In this document: positions 1-8,457 of the stretch, piece after piece
Numbering within the stretch: position 1 is the first letter of the stretch
Layout of the letters: each line of letters begins with the position of its first letter
Assembly (NCBI GenBank): GCA_036012755.1
Contig: DASCPX010000072.1
Location: 1 to 55,016, forward strand
Direction: 5' to 3'
DNA length: 55,016 nucleotides
From: Myxococcota bacterium
GTDB taxonomy: Bacteria; Myxococcota_A; UBA796; CAJQPC01
The notes under the pieces: model-generated
Databases searched by the model: none
Seen by the model: only the letters and a program-made list of their open reading frames with translations
Told to the model about the DNA's origin: nothing
Made by a program: the position numbers and the translations under genes

Positions 1-98
1 ACGAGTGGGCGGTGGGACGCCGCTACTTCAGCCTCGCGTCGATGGCCCTCGTCACCGGCGCCGCGGACGTCCCACCCCGAGCGTTGGAGGCCGGATGA
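1..98 (+). CDS. IS256-family transposase, C-terminal fragment (5' truncated by window)
   Basis: EWAVGRRYFSLASMALVTGAADVPPRALEAG*, TGA at 96-98; not in ORF track. Confidence 0.7.
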   Translation, partial: EWAVGRRYFSLASMALVTGAADVPPRALEAG

Positions 99-234
99 CC
101 CTCCTGCCAAGACCCACAGATCGCTGACTCTGACGAGAGGGGGACACCCTCTCGTCGCTCTCCCCCTTCAACCCCGGACATCAACAACCAGGAAGACTCC
201 AACGGCTTCGATACACCACTTGACGGGACACAGC
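1..234 (+). mobile_element. Right end of an IS256-family insertion sequence (partial; left part outside window)
   Basis: Frame 3 encodes EWAVGRRYFSLASMA..., typical of IS256 transposase C-termini. It is followed by TACACCACTTGACGGGACACAGC (212-234), which resembles IS256-family right terminal repeats. Exact end uncertain. Confidence 0.7.
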
Positions 235-402
235 TTCGAACTGGCGCAAAACGCTCCTTTCGCCGTTCAAAAACCGTTCGATTTCTGCGCCAGAATTTTC
301 AAAACATGCGCAGATCGTCCCCAAACCACCCAGCCCATCTTCGTGTTGAGAGAAGCAGGCCTCACCGCCGGTGTCACCGCCGGGGGTGGCCCAAGAGGCC
401 CC

Positions 403-442
403 AAAAGTAAACCACCCGGAGGGTAAGTACCCTCCGGGTGGT
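403..442 (-). terminator. Rho-independent terminator downstream of tRNA-Asn
   Basis: Perfect 15-bp inverted repeat ACCACCCGGAGGGTA (411-425) / TACCCTCCGGGTGGT (428-442) followed on the minus strand by TTACTTTT. Confidence 0.8.
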
Positions 443-445
443 AAA

Positions 446-523
446 TGGCTCCCGCGGTAGGACTTGAACCTACGACACCCTGATTAACAGTCAGGTGCTC
501 TAACCAAGCTGAGCTACGCGGGA
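446..523 (-). tRNA. tRNA-Asn (anticodon GTT)
   Basis: Minus strand TCCCGCGTAGCTCAGCTTGGTTAGAGCACCTGACTGTTAATCAGGGTGTCGTAGGTTCAAGTCCTACCGCGGGAGCCA: acceptor stem TCCCGCG/CGCGGGA, anticodon arm CCTGA-CTGTTAA-TCAGG, T-loop GTTCAA, encoded CCA. Confidence 0.97.
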
Positions 524-559
524 TCAGCGGCCCCCATCTAAACCCTGCTCTCGGGCGTG

Positions 560-1804
560 TCAACGGAGCAGGTAGCCCAGGGCTTCGAGCTGTCCCAGGG
601 TGTCCTCGTCGGTGGCCATCTGGCCCATCACCGCGGGGGTCGTCTTCGCCCATCGGGTCAGGGCATCTTGCATCGCCTGGTCCACCTCGGCGGCCACGGG
701 CTCGTCCTCGTCGGGCATGGCGAAGAGCTCCGGCGGCTGCCTGTAGAAGGGGCACTGCACGGCCTTCCAGGTGCCCTCCCACATGGCCCTGCAGTTGCCC
801 TCGTTGGCCCAGCTCCCGTCGGTCCGAGGACGGTGCGGCATGGTCGCCTCGCTGTAGACCGCGCGTTCGTGCGCCCGGGCCAGGGACTGGCCCTCCATGC
901 CCTCCGCCGACAGCCCCAGGATCTCCAGCAGGGTCGGCGTCACGTCGATGTTCGAGACCAGCTCCGTCCGCCGCGCGGGCTCCCAGCCCGGCACGTGCAT
1001 CACCAGCGGGATGCGGGTCTCGGTGTCGTGCACGTCGACCCCGTGGGACCAGGCGTCCTTGTTCTCGTGGTGGACCTCGCCATGATCGGAGACGACGACG
1101 ACGATGGTGTCCGGGTCGAGGCCCTCGAGCAGGCGTCCGATGTGGTGATCGACGTAGGACACGGCCCCGCCGTAGCTGCCCTGGAGCGCGCGGTTGAGCT
1201 CCTCCCAGCCCTCGGCCCGATGGGAGACCTTTGCCCTGTAGGAGCCGACCTCCTTCTTGGGCCGCAGCTCGAGCGAGTCCTCCCGGTACATGTGGTCCCA
1301 GGGCTCCGGCGGGGTCCAGGGGTGGTGGACGTCCCAGTAGTGGACGAACAGGAAGCTCTCATCCTCGTGCAGGCCATGCCAGGCGAGCGCGACGTTGGTG
1401 ACCGCCTCGGCGTTCCTCCAAGGGCCCGCGTAGTCGTCGAAGCCCTGGTCCAGCCCGAAGCGCTCCTCCAGCGGGAAGCCACCGACGACCGCCCCCGTGT
1501 GGTAGCCGGCCCCAGAGAGGCGCTCGGCGAGGAGGACCTCCTCCTCCGGCACGATGACGCCGTTGTAGGGCACGCCGTGGGTGTGGGGATGCCGGCCCGA
1601 AAACAGCGAGGTGTGCGAGGCCAGCGTGGTCGGCGCGGCGGTGTAGGCGCGCTCGAAGACGACCGAGGTGGCCATCAGCGCGTCGAGCTCGGGGGTCTGG
1701 ACCCATGGGTGGTCGTAGACGAAGTCCGCCCGCAGGGTGTCCACGCTGATCAACACGAGGCTCGGCCGGGGCTCACCACCCGTGCAGGCCAACAGCCAGA
1801 TCAC
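560..1804 (-). CDS. Sulfatase-like hydrolase/transferase lipoprotein (alkaline phosphatase superfamily)
   Basis: LISVDTLRAD, TTLASHTSLFSG, HYWDVH, SDHGE, LEALGY. Start moved to GTG 1804 (VIWLLAC), which overlaps the upstream stop (GTGA). Confidence 0.85.
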   Translation of the reverse strand: MIWLLACTGGEPRPSLVLISVDTLRADFVYDHPWVQTPELDALMATSVVFERAYTAAPTTLASHTSLFSGRHPHTHGVPYNGVIVPEEEVLLAERLSGAGYHTGAVVGGFPLEERFGLDQGFDDYAGPWRNAEAVTNVALAWHGLHEDESFLFVHYWDVHHPWTPPEPWDHMYREDSLELRPKKEVGSYRAKVSHRAEGWEELNRALQGSYGGAVSYVDHHIGRLLEGLDPDTIVVVVSDHGEVHHENKDAWSHGVDVHDTETRIPLVMHVPGWEPARRTELVSNIDVTPTLLEILGLSAEGMEGQSLARAHERAVYSEATMPHRPRTDGSWANEGNCRAMWEGTWKAVQCPFYRQPPELFAMPDEDEPVAAEVDQAMQDALTRWAKTTPAVMGQMATDEDTLGQLEALGYLLR

Positions 1805-3639
1805 CGACTGATCAGGATCCAGCTGGTCATGATGGTGTGTGACCAGTTGTCCCCGGAGTACTCGCTGCCGTTGTAGTAGTTCTGGTACCAGACGGTCGCC
1901 TCGGTGCCAGGCTCGACCAGCTCGGTGATGTCCGTGACGATGGGGTCGACGTGCTTGCCCGGGCACCAGCCCCCGCGCCCGTACCACCAGGTGCCGTACT
2001 GGTTGGGCACCGTCTGGTCGTCCACCTGGGTCATGCAGCCGTAGTTGTCTCCCACCCAGGGCTGGTCGTAGACGATCTCGTCGGTGTCGTTGATGGTCCA
2101 GTGGTGCTTCAGGTCGCAGAACTCGGCGCAGTTGCCCGGCGATGACATGCCGTGGCCGGTCGTGACCGTGACGAGCTCGACCTTGACGGCGTCCGCCGGG
2201 ATGTCGACGGTCAGCTCCTGGTAGCTCTCGTTGTAGCCGCCGCTGCGGATGTTGACGCCGTCGTAGAGGAAGACGAGCTCAGAGGCGCGCACCTCCTTGA
2301 CCTGGTTCGACAAGCGCAGGTCCAGGTCTAGCTCGTAGGGGCCAGTGGTCGCGAAGCGGAAGGTGTGATCCCGACCATCGTCCAGCATGGGCAGGAGCGA
2401 GCTGACGTCGTGAACCCAGCGCCCCTCGCGGTGGTAGGTCGTGATCCACCGACCCAGCTCGGTGTCGCAGCCGCAGGAGAGCTCGCCGTAGCCCGCGCCG
2501 TCCTCTGCGCAGGTGTAGGTCCCGGTGTGCTCGGTCCCGTCGGCCTCCTGGCAGGTGCCGCTCTCGGTGTCTGCGGAGATCGCGGCGCTGTAGCCTGTGC
2601 AGGTGGAGCTCTGGCCCGTGTCGACGCTGCAGTCGTCGTCGCTCCGGCACTCCGTGGCGCCGTCTTCGCAGAGGCCCATGACCTCGGCCACCGCCGGCTG
2701 GCAGGCGGTCTCCTCCCAGGGGTTGTCCTCGCCGGCCCAGGCACAGACGAAGAGGTAGGCCATGTAGTCCCAGGCCGGGCAGTAGCCATACTCGCCCTCG
2801 CCCTCGCAGCCCATGTAGAGGTCGATCTCGAGGGTGTTCCAGGCCGACATGTCCTCTGCCGCGGGGAGGTCGATCTCGGCGTAGGTGTTGCCCGAGACGC
2901 GCTCCCCATCGAAGACCGTGACGATCGTCGCGTCGGGGTCCAGGGCGTCCTCGCGGTCGGACTCCATGTTGTAGAAGCGGGCCTCGTTGGCCGCCATGCC
3001 GAGGTTCGGCTCGAACCAGCCGGCGGCGGAGTTGTAGCGCGAGGGGTCCGCGAAGCTGCCGATGTAGCGAATGCGCTGGAAGCGATCGACGGCCACGCCG
3101 AAGCCGGGGGAGTTGAAGTGGTCGCCGATCCAGCCGTCGACGTTCCTGGCCCTGACCGTGACGTAGTGGACCCGGGGGCCCCAGTGCGAGGCGCTCTCTT
3201 CGGTCACGTCGTCGACGTAGACCTTCAGGTCCTCGAGCGCGGCGTTGCGGTCGTCCTCGTTGGCCTGTTCGCTGACCAGGAAGAAGACGTGGGTGTTCTC
3301 TGGCAGGTCGGAAAACAGGGTCCGGACGTCCTTCTTGAGGCTCCAGAGCGGGTTCGGCCAGCCGGTCGCCTGGGAGGGCTCGCTGGGGATGAACAGGAAG
3401 GTCTCGCAGCCTGTCCACAGCTCGCTGAGGGTGACCTGCCCCTCGGTCGTGTCGAGGGTGACGTCCGCGGCGATCGCGTAGAGGGCGTCGCTGTCCTCTG
3501 CGTCCTGCCAGGGGCGCTGGGTGAGATCCTGCTCCTCGCACCAGCTCGGCGGAGCGTCGGAGTCTGCGCTGTCTACGACCTCGGGGGGGTCGGGGCGGTC
3601 ATCGGGGCCGCCGATGCAGGCCAGGAGCAGAAGCGACAT
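1801..3639 (-). CDS. Peptide-N-glycosidase F-related lipoprotein
   Basis: CPAWDY, ELGRWITTY, TGHG..NCAEFC, PNQYGTWWYGRGGWCPG; ATG 3639 preceded by GAGGAGG; MSLLLLAC lipobox. Confidence 0.75.
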   Translation of the reverse strand: MSLLLLACIGGPDDRPDPPEVVDSADSDAPPSWCEEQDLTQRPWQDAEDSDALYAIAADVTLDTTEGQVTLSELWTGCETFLFIPSEPSQATGWPNPLWSLKKDVRTLFSDLPENTHVFFLVSEQANEDDRNAALEDLKVYVDDVTEESASHWGPRVHYVTVRARNVDGWIGDHFNSPGFGVAVDRFQRIRYIGSFADPSRYNSAAGWFEPNLGMAANEARFYNMESDREDALDPDATIVTVFDGERVSGNTYAEIDLPAAEDMSAWNTLEIDLYMGCEGEGEYGYCPAWDYMAYLFVCAWAGEDNPWEETACQPAVAEVMGLCEDGATECRSDDDCSVDTGQSSTCTGYSAAISADTESGTCQEADGTEHTGTYTCAEDGAGYGELSCGCDTELGRWITTYHREGRWVHDVSSLLPMLDDGRDHTFRFATTGPYELDLDLRLSNQVKEVRASELVFLYDGVNIRSGGYNESYQELTVDIPADAVKVELVTVTTGHGMSSPGNCAEFCDLKHHWTINDTDEIVYDQPWVGDNYGCMTQVDDQTVPNQYGTWWYGRGGWCPGKHVDPIVTDITELVEPGTEATVWYQNYYNGSEYSGDNWSHTIMTSWILISR

Positions 3640-3703
3640 CTGGGTGCCTCCTCGGGGGAGGGGCATTCTGCCCTAGTCGGGACGGCTTCGCAGCCCTGTG
3701 ATC

Positions 3704-4549
3704 TCAGTCGACCATCGCCGCGGTCGAGAGCTCCAGGATGGTGTCGTGCACGTCCCCTCCTGCGTCCGCGCAGAAGGTCGTGCACATCCAGTCGGTGGGG
3801 GACTCGAAGTCGCAGTGGTCGGCCCCGGCGATGAGCTCGATGTCCGCGTCCAGCCCCGCTCCGTTGGCCGAGTCGTTGCAGTCGCTCGGTTCGCCGATCA
3901 GCGCGCTCGCAGGGATGGAGAGCGAGATCGCGGCGCCGAGCCCGTCCGAGTCCACGGGGTCCAGCCCGACCCAGGCCACGGCTGAGTCGTCTTCGTCCGC
4001 CGCGAGCAGCGCCGCGAGTCCACCCGCCGAGTGGCCGGCGTAGACCACCTCCGTGGCGCCGAGCGCCGAGGCGAGCTCGACGAGGTCGTGGCCGTTTTCG
4101 ACGTGATCCGTGTCCCACATCGAGGCGTGGCAGAGCTCCGGCGTGGCCACGATCACACCGTGGGAAGCAGCGTGATCGGCCCATCCGGCCATGTTCGCCG
4201 CGCTCCGGGCGAAGCCGTGGGCGAGCACCACCAGGCGGTCGCCTCCGCCGCTGGGCTCGTAGAGCGTCACGCTCATCGCACACGAGGTCTCGACGCTGAG
4301 CGTGGTGGTGGTGACGGTGTGTTCGCCGCGAGCACCGTAGTCGACCTCTGGAGGGTCGCTGTCCTGCGGGTCGCTGTCCTGCGGGTCGCTGTCCTGCGGG
4401 TCGCTGTCCTGCGGGTCGCTGTCCTGCGGGTCGCTGTCTGGCAGCGAGTCGACCGTGTTGTGGTGCTCGACGGCGCTGTCGGAGGGCCTGGACGAGCCAC
4501 CGTTGTTCGGATTCGAGGTGATCGGGGAGCAGGCGAGGAGCAGGATCAT
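3704..4549 (-). CDS. Alpha/beta hydrolase lipoprotein (chlorophyllase/cutinase-like)
   Basis: AHGF oxyanion motif, GHSAGG nucleophile elbow, LDPVD, DHCDFE; MILLLAC lipobox; DSDPQ linker. Confidence 0.8.
   Translation of the reverse strand: MILLLACSPITSNPNNGGSSRPSDSAVEHHNTVDSLPDSDPQDSDPQDSDPQDSDPQDSDPQDSDPPEVDYGARGEHTVTTTTLSVETSCAMSVTLYEPSGGGDRLVVLAHGFARSAANMAGWADHAASHGVIVATPELCHASMWDTDHVENGHDLVELASALGATEVVYAGHSAGGLAALLAADEDDSAVAWVGLDPVDSDGLGAAISLSIPASALIGEPSDCNDSANGAGLDADIELIAGADHCDFESPTDWMCTTFCADAGGDVHDTILELSTAAMVD
4353..4438. repeat. Perfect 15-bp coding tandem repeat (GGGTCGCTGTCCTGC x5 plus partial), encoding DSDPQ repeats
   Basis: Directly visible; units start at 4353, 4368, 4383, 4398, 4413, 4428. 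Confidence 0.95.
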
Positions 4550-4550
4550 A

Positions 4551-4570
4551 AATCAACCGTTCGGTCGATT
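4551..4570. promoter_or_regulatory. Putative TetR operator in front of the hydrolase gene
   Basis: Imperfect palindrome AATCAACCGTTCGGTCGATT directly upstream of ATG 4549. Confidence 0.6.
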
Positions 4571-5207
4571 AGCGTGGATCACTCCTCGCCGCAACCCCGC
4601 AGATCCGATGAACCTGGGCGAGCACCGCGATCTTCCGGGCGCATACCTGCTCCGGCGTGAAGACATCCCCCTCCAAGAGCAGCGAGGAGACCTCCGAGGT
4701 GGCGAACCAGAGCAGGTGGACCCCAGCGATGGACATCGCCAGCTGGCGAGGATCCTGCTGGGCGATCGCGCCCTCGGCCATGCCCGCGGCGAGGAAGGCG
4801 CTGGTCAGCTGCATCGTGGTCCTGACAGCTCCCACCCCCACGCTGTCGACGTAGGGGCCGTGGTCCATGAGCTCCCGCAAGAGCAGCGCAGCCGCCTGCG
4901 GGTGTGTGCCCAGGTAGTCGGTCACGCCGGCTCCGAGCCGGTCCAGTCGCTGGAGGAAGTCTCCGGGCTCCGCCACCGCCGCGACCACCAGGGCGCCGAG
5001 GTCGTCGATCGTCGTCTTCAGCACCTCGACGTAGAGCGCTTCCTTGGACTCGACGTGGTGGAAGAGCGATGACTTGCGGATTCCGCAGGCGCTCGCGATC
5101 TCCGCCATCGAGGAGGCCCCGTAGCCCTTGGCCGCGAACAGCGCGGCGGCCTCGGCGAGCAGCCGTCGTCGGGGGAGGGGATTGCGGGGTCGCCCGGGCT
5201 TGCGCAT
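4569..5207 (-). CDS. TetR/AcrR family transcriptional regulator
   Basis: N-terminal HTH: LLAEAAALFAAKGYGASSMAEIASACGIRKSSLFHHVESKEAL. Confidence 0.92.
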   Translation of the reverse strand: MRKPGRPRNPLPRRRLLAEAAALFAAKGYGASSMAEIASACGIRKSSLFHHVESKEALYVEVLKTTIDDLGALVVAAVAEPGDFLQRLDRLGAGVTDYLGTHPQAAALLLRELMDHGPYVDSVGVGAVRTTMQLTSAFLAAGMAEGAIAQQDPRQLAMSIAGVHLLWFATSEVSSLLLEGDVFTPEQVCARKIAVLAQVHRICGVAARSDPR

Positions 5208-5212
5208 GGGTG

Positions 5213-5232
5213 AATCTAACGCGTGGTCGATT
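5213..5232. promoter_or_regulatory. Second putative TetR operator (autoregulation), overlapping a -10-like TAGATT
   Basis: AATCTAACGCGTGGTCGATT, 15/20 identical to the 4551-4570 site. Confidence 0.5.
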
Positions 5233-6353
5233 CAGAAGGGGTGGTCGGACAGCACGTAGATCTGCACCAGCGGGCGGAGGTGGGGCTCGGCTTCGTACTC
5301 GTCCAGCCCGGCGCCGAGGTCCGCGCGGAAGACGATGAGGTCCTTCACGTTCAGGCGCAGGCCGGTGCCCGCGGTGACCTTTGGGGCGAAGGTGGGTTCA
5401 TCCCAGGTCCAGATCTCGATGGCGTCGACGAAGGGAGCCAGCATCCAGGCCGTCGAGGCCTCGCGGATCGTCGGGGCCCAGAAGGTCCAGCGGAGCTCTG
5501 GCATGAGCACGACCATCGAGTCCCCGCGGTAGCGCTCCTCTGGCAGGCCCTTGAGCATCCAGCGGCCCCCGACCACGCCCCGGCCCATGCCGCCGGCGTA
5601 GGCCTGGTCGAAGAAGGGCTCTCCCCAGCTCAGGTCGACCATCGCGTGGCCGGCCAGGGTGAGCCGGTCGGTGGGGGAGTGGTAGCCCCGCCAGCGCGCG
5701 TTGACGCCGAAGACGTCGAAGTCCGAGCCGAGCCAGGGCTGGGCGGTGCGCACCGAGGCATCCACCGCCTGACCCTGCCGGCTGTCGATCTCGCTGTCCC
5801 GCGCGTCCCAGACTCCGCCGACGGCGAGCCAGGCGTAGCGACCGCCCTCGAAGCCGAGGGGCCGATCCTCGAGGAGCAGGCTCTCGGGGTAGGGGGCCAC
5901 GACCTCTGTGCGGAGGTCGAACATCGCCAGCAGCTCGAGGTCCCCGACCAGCTCGTAGCGCAGCTTCGTGTTCAGCAGGTTGCGCTCTTGGCAGTAGAGG
6001 TAGAACTCCTCGTCGACCCCCTCGCGCCGGGGTGCCTCGGGCCCGATGCCCATGTACGGCGCTCGGCTCCAGCTGACGGTGCGCGCCTCGAGGGTCCAGC
6101 GGAAGCGAGAGCCGAGGAGCTTGGGCAGGTCGAAGCGGAGGTAGTGATTGCGATAGCCCCCGGTCGTCCAGTAGAGCTGCAGCTCCGTCGAAAACAGGTA
6201 GGGACGGTCCCCCCCGGCGTCCCCGAGGACCACCTGCCCGAAGCCCCCGTAGCCGAACAGCAGGTTCGAGTCGTAGCTCAAGAGCGGCACGGCGTAGGCC
6301 GCGACGTCGTCCCTCTCCACGGCCTGCGCCAGGGTGAGGAGGGTCAGGAGCAC
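5232..6353 (-). CDS. Omp85/BamA-TamA family outer-membrane beta-barrel protein without POTRA domains
   Basis: P.LSYDSN..FGYG start, WDARDSE, LKGLPEERYRG loop motif, GTGLRL..VFRADLG, C-terminal Phe. Confidence 0.7.
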   Translation of the reverse strand: MLLTLLTLAQAVERDDVAAYAVPLLSYDSNLLFGYGGFGQVVLGDAGGDRPYLFSTELQLYWTTGGYRNHYLRFDLPKLLGSRFRWTLEARTVSWSRAPYMGIGPEAPRREGVDEEFYLYCQERNLLNTKLRYELVGDLELLAMFDLRTEVVAPYPESLLLEDRPLGFEGGRYAWLAVGGVWDARDSEIDSRQGQAVDASVRTAQPWLGSDFDVFGVNARWRGYHSPTDRLTLAGHAMVDLSWGEPFFDQAYAGGMGRGVVGGRWMLKGLPEERYRGDSMVVLMPELRWTFWAPTIREASTAWMLAPFVDAIEIWTWDEPTFAPKVTAGTGLRLNVKDLIVFRADLGAGLDEYEAEPHLRPLVQIYVLSDHPF

Positions 6354-6366
6354 GCCGTGACCTCGG

Positions 6367-7089
6367 TCACCGAGTCGATCCGCAGAGCTCCGCCGTGCGG
6401 TCGTCCCAATCGCGCATGCCGTCGATGATCGTGTTCACGAGGCCGTCGTTCTCGGTCGTGAGCCCGACGTCCAGCTCGCGCCAGATGCCGTAGAGGTGGA
6501 CGAGCTCGGCCCCGTCCTCCAGCCAGACCTCTACCTGGTAGTCCTGGGTCCAGGACCAGTCGGAGCCCTCCTCGAACTCGGCGGGCGCGGGGAGCCAGGT
6601 GCGAGCCATGAGCACCTCGTCGGAGCGGCGCAGCCCCCCCAGCAGGCGCTCCGTGTAGGCCGTGTTGAGGTAGGAGCCCTCGATCACGACTTCCCAGGTC
6701 AGGGTCTCGCTGGCGCCAGAGGTGTAGTCGTCCAGGGACGAGGTGTACTCCCGGCTGTAGTCGTCGTAGTCGGCCTCTGGGTACTGCTCGTCCTGGTGCC
6801 TGGAGTACAGGATCGGCTCCAGGTCCTCGAGCGTGCACTCGTAGCGGTAGAGGATGAACCAGCCCCGCGCCTCGGCCGGGTCGACCTCGCCGAGCTCGAT
6901 GTGGTCGATCTCGGCCTCGGTCAAGCGGCTCGTCTCTCCGTCCTGGGGCTCCCGGGGGAGGTTCGCGGCGGCCTCTGCGATGCGCTCGGAGTCGGCCTCC
7001 TCGAACTCCGTCCAGAAGAGGTGGAGCAGTCCGTCGACCTCCTCCGGCGCGGGCTCGGGAGCGCAGGCGATGGCAGCCAGGGTCCACAT
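6367..7089 (-). CDS. Hypothetical acidic lipoprotein
   Basis: MWTLAAIAC lipobox; GC3-rich codon pattern; no recognised family. Confidence 0.7.
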   Translation of the reverse strand: MWTLAAIACAPEPAPEEVDGLLHLFWTEFEEADSERIAEAAANLPREPQDGETSRLTEAEIDHIELGEVDPAEARGWFILYRYECTLEDLEPILYSRHQDEQYPEADYDDYSREYTSSLDDYTSGASETLTWEVVIEGSYLNTAYTERLLGGLRRSDEVLMARTWLPAPAEFEEGSDWSWTQDYQVEVWLEDGAELVHLYGIWRELDVGLTTENDGLVNTIIDGMRDWDDRTAELCGSTR

Positions 7090-7096
7090 CGTCGGC

Positions 7097-7104
7097 GTTA
7101 TACC
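7097..7104. promoter_or_regulatory. Overlapping back-to-back -10 elements of two leaderless genes
   Basis: TATACC (+) 6 nt before ATG 7111 and TATAAC (-) 7 nt before ATG 7089; only 21 bp intergenic. Confidence 0.55.
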
Positions 7105-7110
7105 CGCCTC

Positions 7111-8457
7111 ATGCTGCTGCTACCCGTTGCCTTCGCTGCCGACATCGACTGGGAGGCGTCCACCGCCGAGACCGTCGAGCTCCTCTCCAGAACACTCCAG
7201 GCCGAGAGCGTGAACCCGCCGGGCAACGAGACCGAGGCGGCGCTGGTGCTGGCAGGGGTCCTCGACCAGGAAGGCATCCCCTGGGAGATCTGGGAGTCGG
7301 CCCCCGGTCGCGGGAGCCTCATCGCGCGGCTCGAGGGAGGGGACGAGCCTCCCCTCTGCCTGCTGTCCCACCTCGACGTCGTGCCCTTCGAGGCCGAGTC
7401 CTGGCCCGTGCCGCCGCTGTCCGGCAAGGTCGAGAACGGCAAGGTCTGGGGGCGCGGTGCCCTCGACATGAAGGGGATGGCGGTGGTCGAGGTGATGACG
7501 CTCGTGAACCTGAAGCGCCAGGGGGTGGAGCTGGACAGGGACATCGTGCTGCTCGCAGTCGCCGACGAAGAGGTCGACAACGCCGGTGTCCACACCGTGA
7601 TGGAGCGGTGGGACGAGATCGGCTGCTCCCACGTCATCAACGAGGGCGGAATGGGTGTCCAGGACATCCTCTTCGAGGGGCTGCACCTCTGGCCGGTCAG
7701 CGTCGGAGAGAAGGGGGTGCTCTGGGTGCGCATGACCGCTCATGGCGAGCCCGGCCACGGCTCGACCCCGCGCCCCGGCGAGGCCCCCGAGCGCCTGCTC
7801 GCCGCGCTGGAGCCGCTGTTGGCCTGGGACCCCGAGCTCACATGGCACCCGGCGATGGTGGAGCTCTTCGACAGCGTCGGCCAGACCCGCTCCGGTTTCG
7901 AGAGGTTCGTGCTCACCCACCCCGGCGTGATGCGGGTGATGCTGAAGAAGACCGTCAAGGCCAACGCGCTCACCCACGCCGTGCTCATCGACACCGTCCA
8001 CGTGACGGGCCTCGAGGGCGCGAACAAGCCCAACGTCGTGCCTGGAGAGGCCAGCGCGCTCTTGGACTGCCGCCTGTTGCCCGGCACCACGCCGGAGGCA
8101 CTCCTGGAGACTCTGGAGGCGCTCGTCGGAGACGACCAGGTCACCTTCGAGGTGCTCTCCGCCCAGTCCGCCGGGGGCTCCGAGTGGCACGGGGACCCGC
8201 TCTATGCAGCCCTGTCCGAGGCGATCCTCGAGGCCGACCCCCAGGCCACCGTGGCGCCCACGCTGTCGCCGGGCTTCACCGACAGCATCTACCTGCGCGA
8301 GCTCGGCGTCACCGCCTTCGGCATGATCCCCTTCCTGGTCACCCAGGAGGAGCTCGCGACGATGCACGGCAACGGGGAGTATGTCCGCGTCGAGGAGCTC
8401 GAGCGAGGGCTGAAGGTGCTGTACGGGACGATCGAGCGCTACGCTGCCTCCCAGTGA
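7111..8457 (+). CDS. M20/M25/M40 family metallopeptidase/amidohydrolase, secreted
   Basis: SHLDVVP, GRGALDMKG, ADEE, PGHGS, NVVP, GFTDS, MHGNGEY; start ATG 7111 (MLLLPVAFA-A). Confidence 0.9.
   Translation: MLLLPVAFAADIDWEASTAETVELLSRTLQAESVNPPGNETEAALVLAGVLDQEGIPWEIWESAPGRGSLIARLEGGDEPPLCLLSHLDVVPFEAESWPVPPLSGKVENGKVWGRGALDMKGMAVVEVMTLVNLKRQGVELDRDIVLLAVADEEVDNAGVHTVMERWDEIGCSHVINEGGMGVQDILFEGLHLWPVSVGEKGVLWVRMTAHGEPGHGSTPRPGEAPERLLAALEPLLAWDPELTWHPAMVELFDSVGQTRSGFERFVLTHPGVMRVMLKKTVKANALTHAVLIDTVHVTGLEGANKPNVVPGEASALLDCRLLPGTTPEALLETLEALVGDDQVTFEVLSAQSAGGSEWHGDPLYAALSEAILEADPQATVAPTLSPGFTDSIYLRELGVTAFGMIPFLVTQEELATMHGNGEYVRVEELERGLKVLYGTIERYAASQ

Noticed and set aside
220..782. ORFs 220-426 (+) and 267-782 (-)
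   Set aside because: They overlap the IS end, terminator and tRNA, and show no protein motifs.
4353..4438. Repeat array as a possible CRISPR
   Set aside because: Head-to-tail 15-mers without spacers, in frame inside a CDS, and no cas genes nearby.
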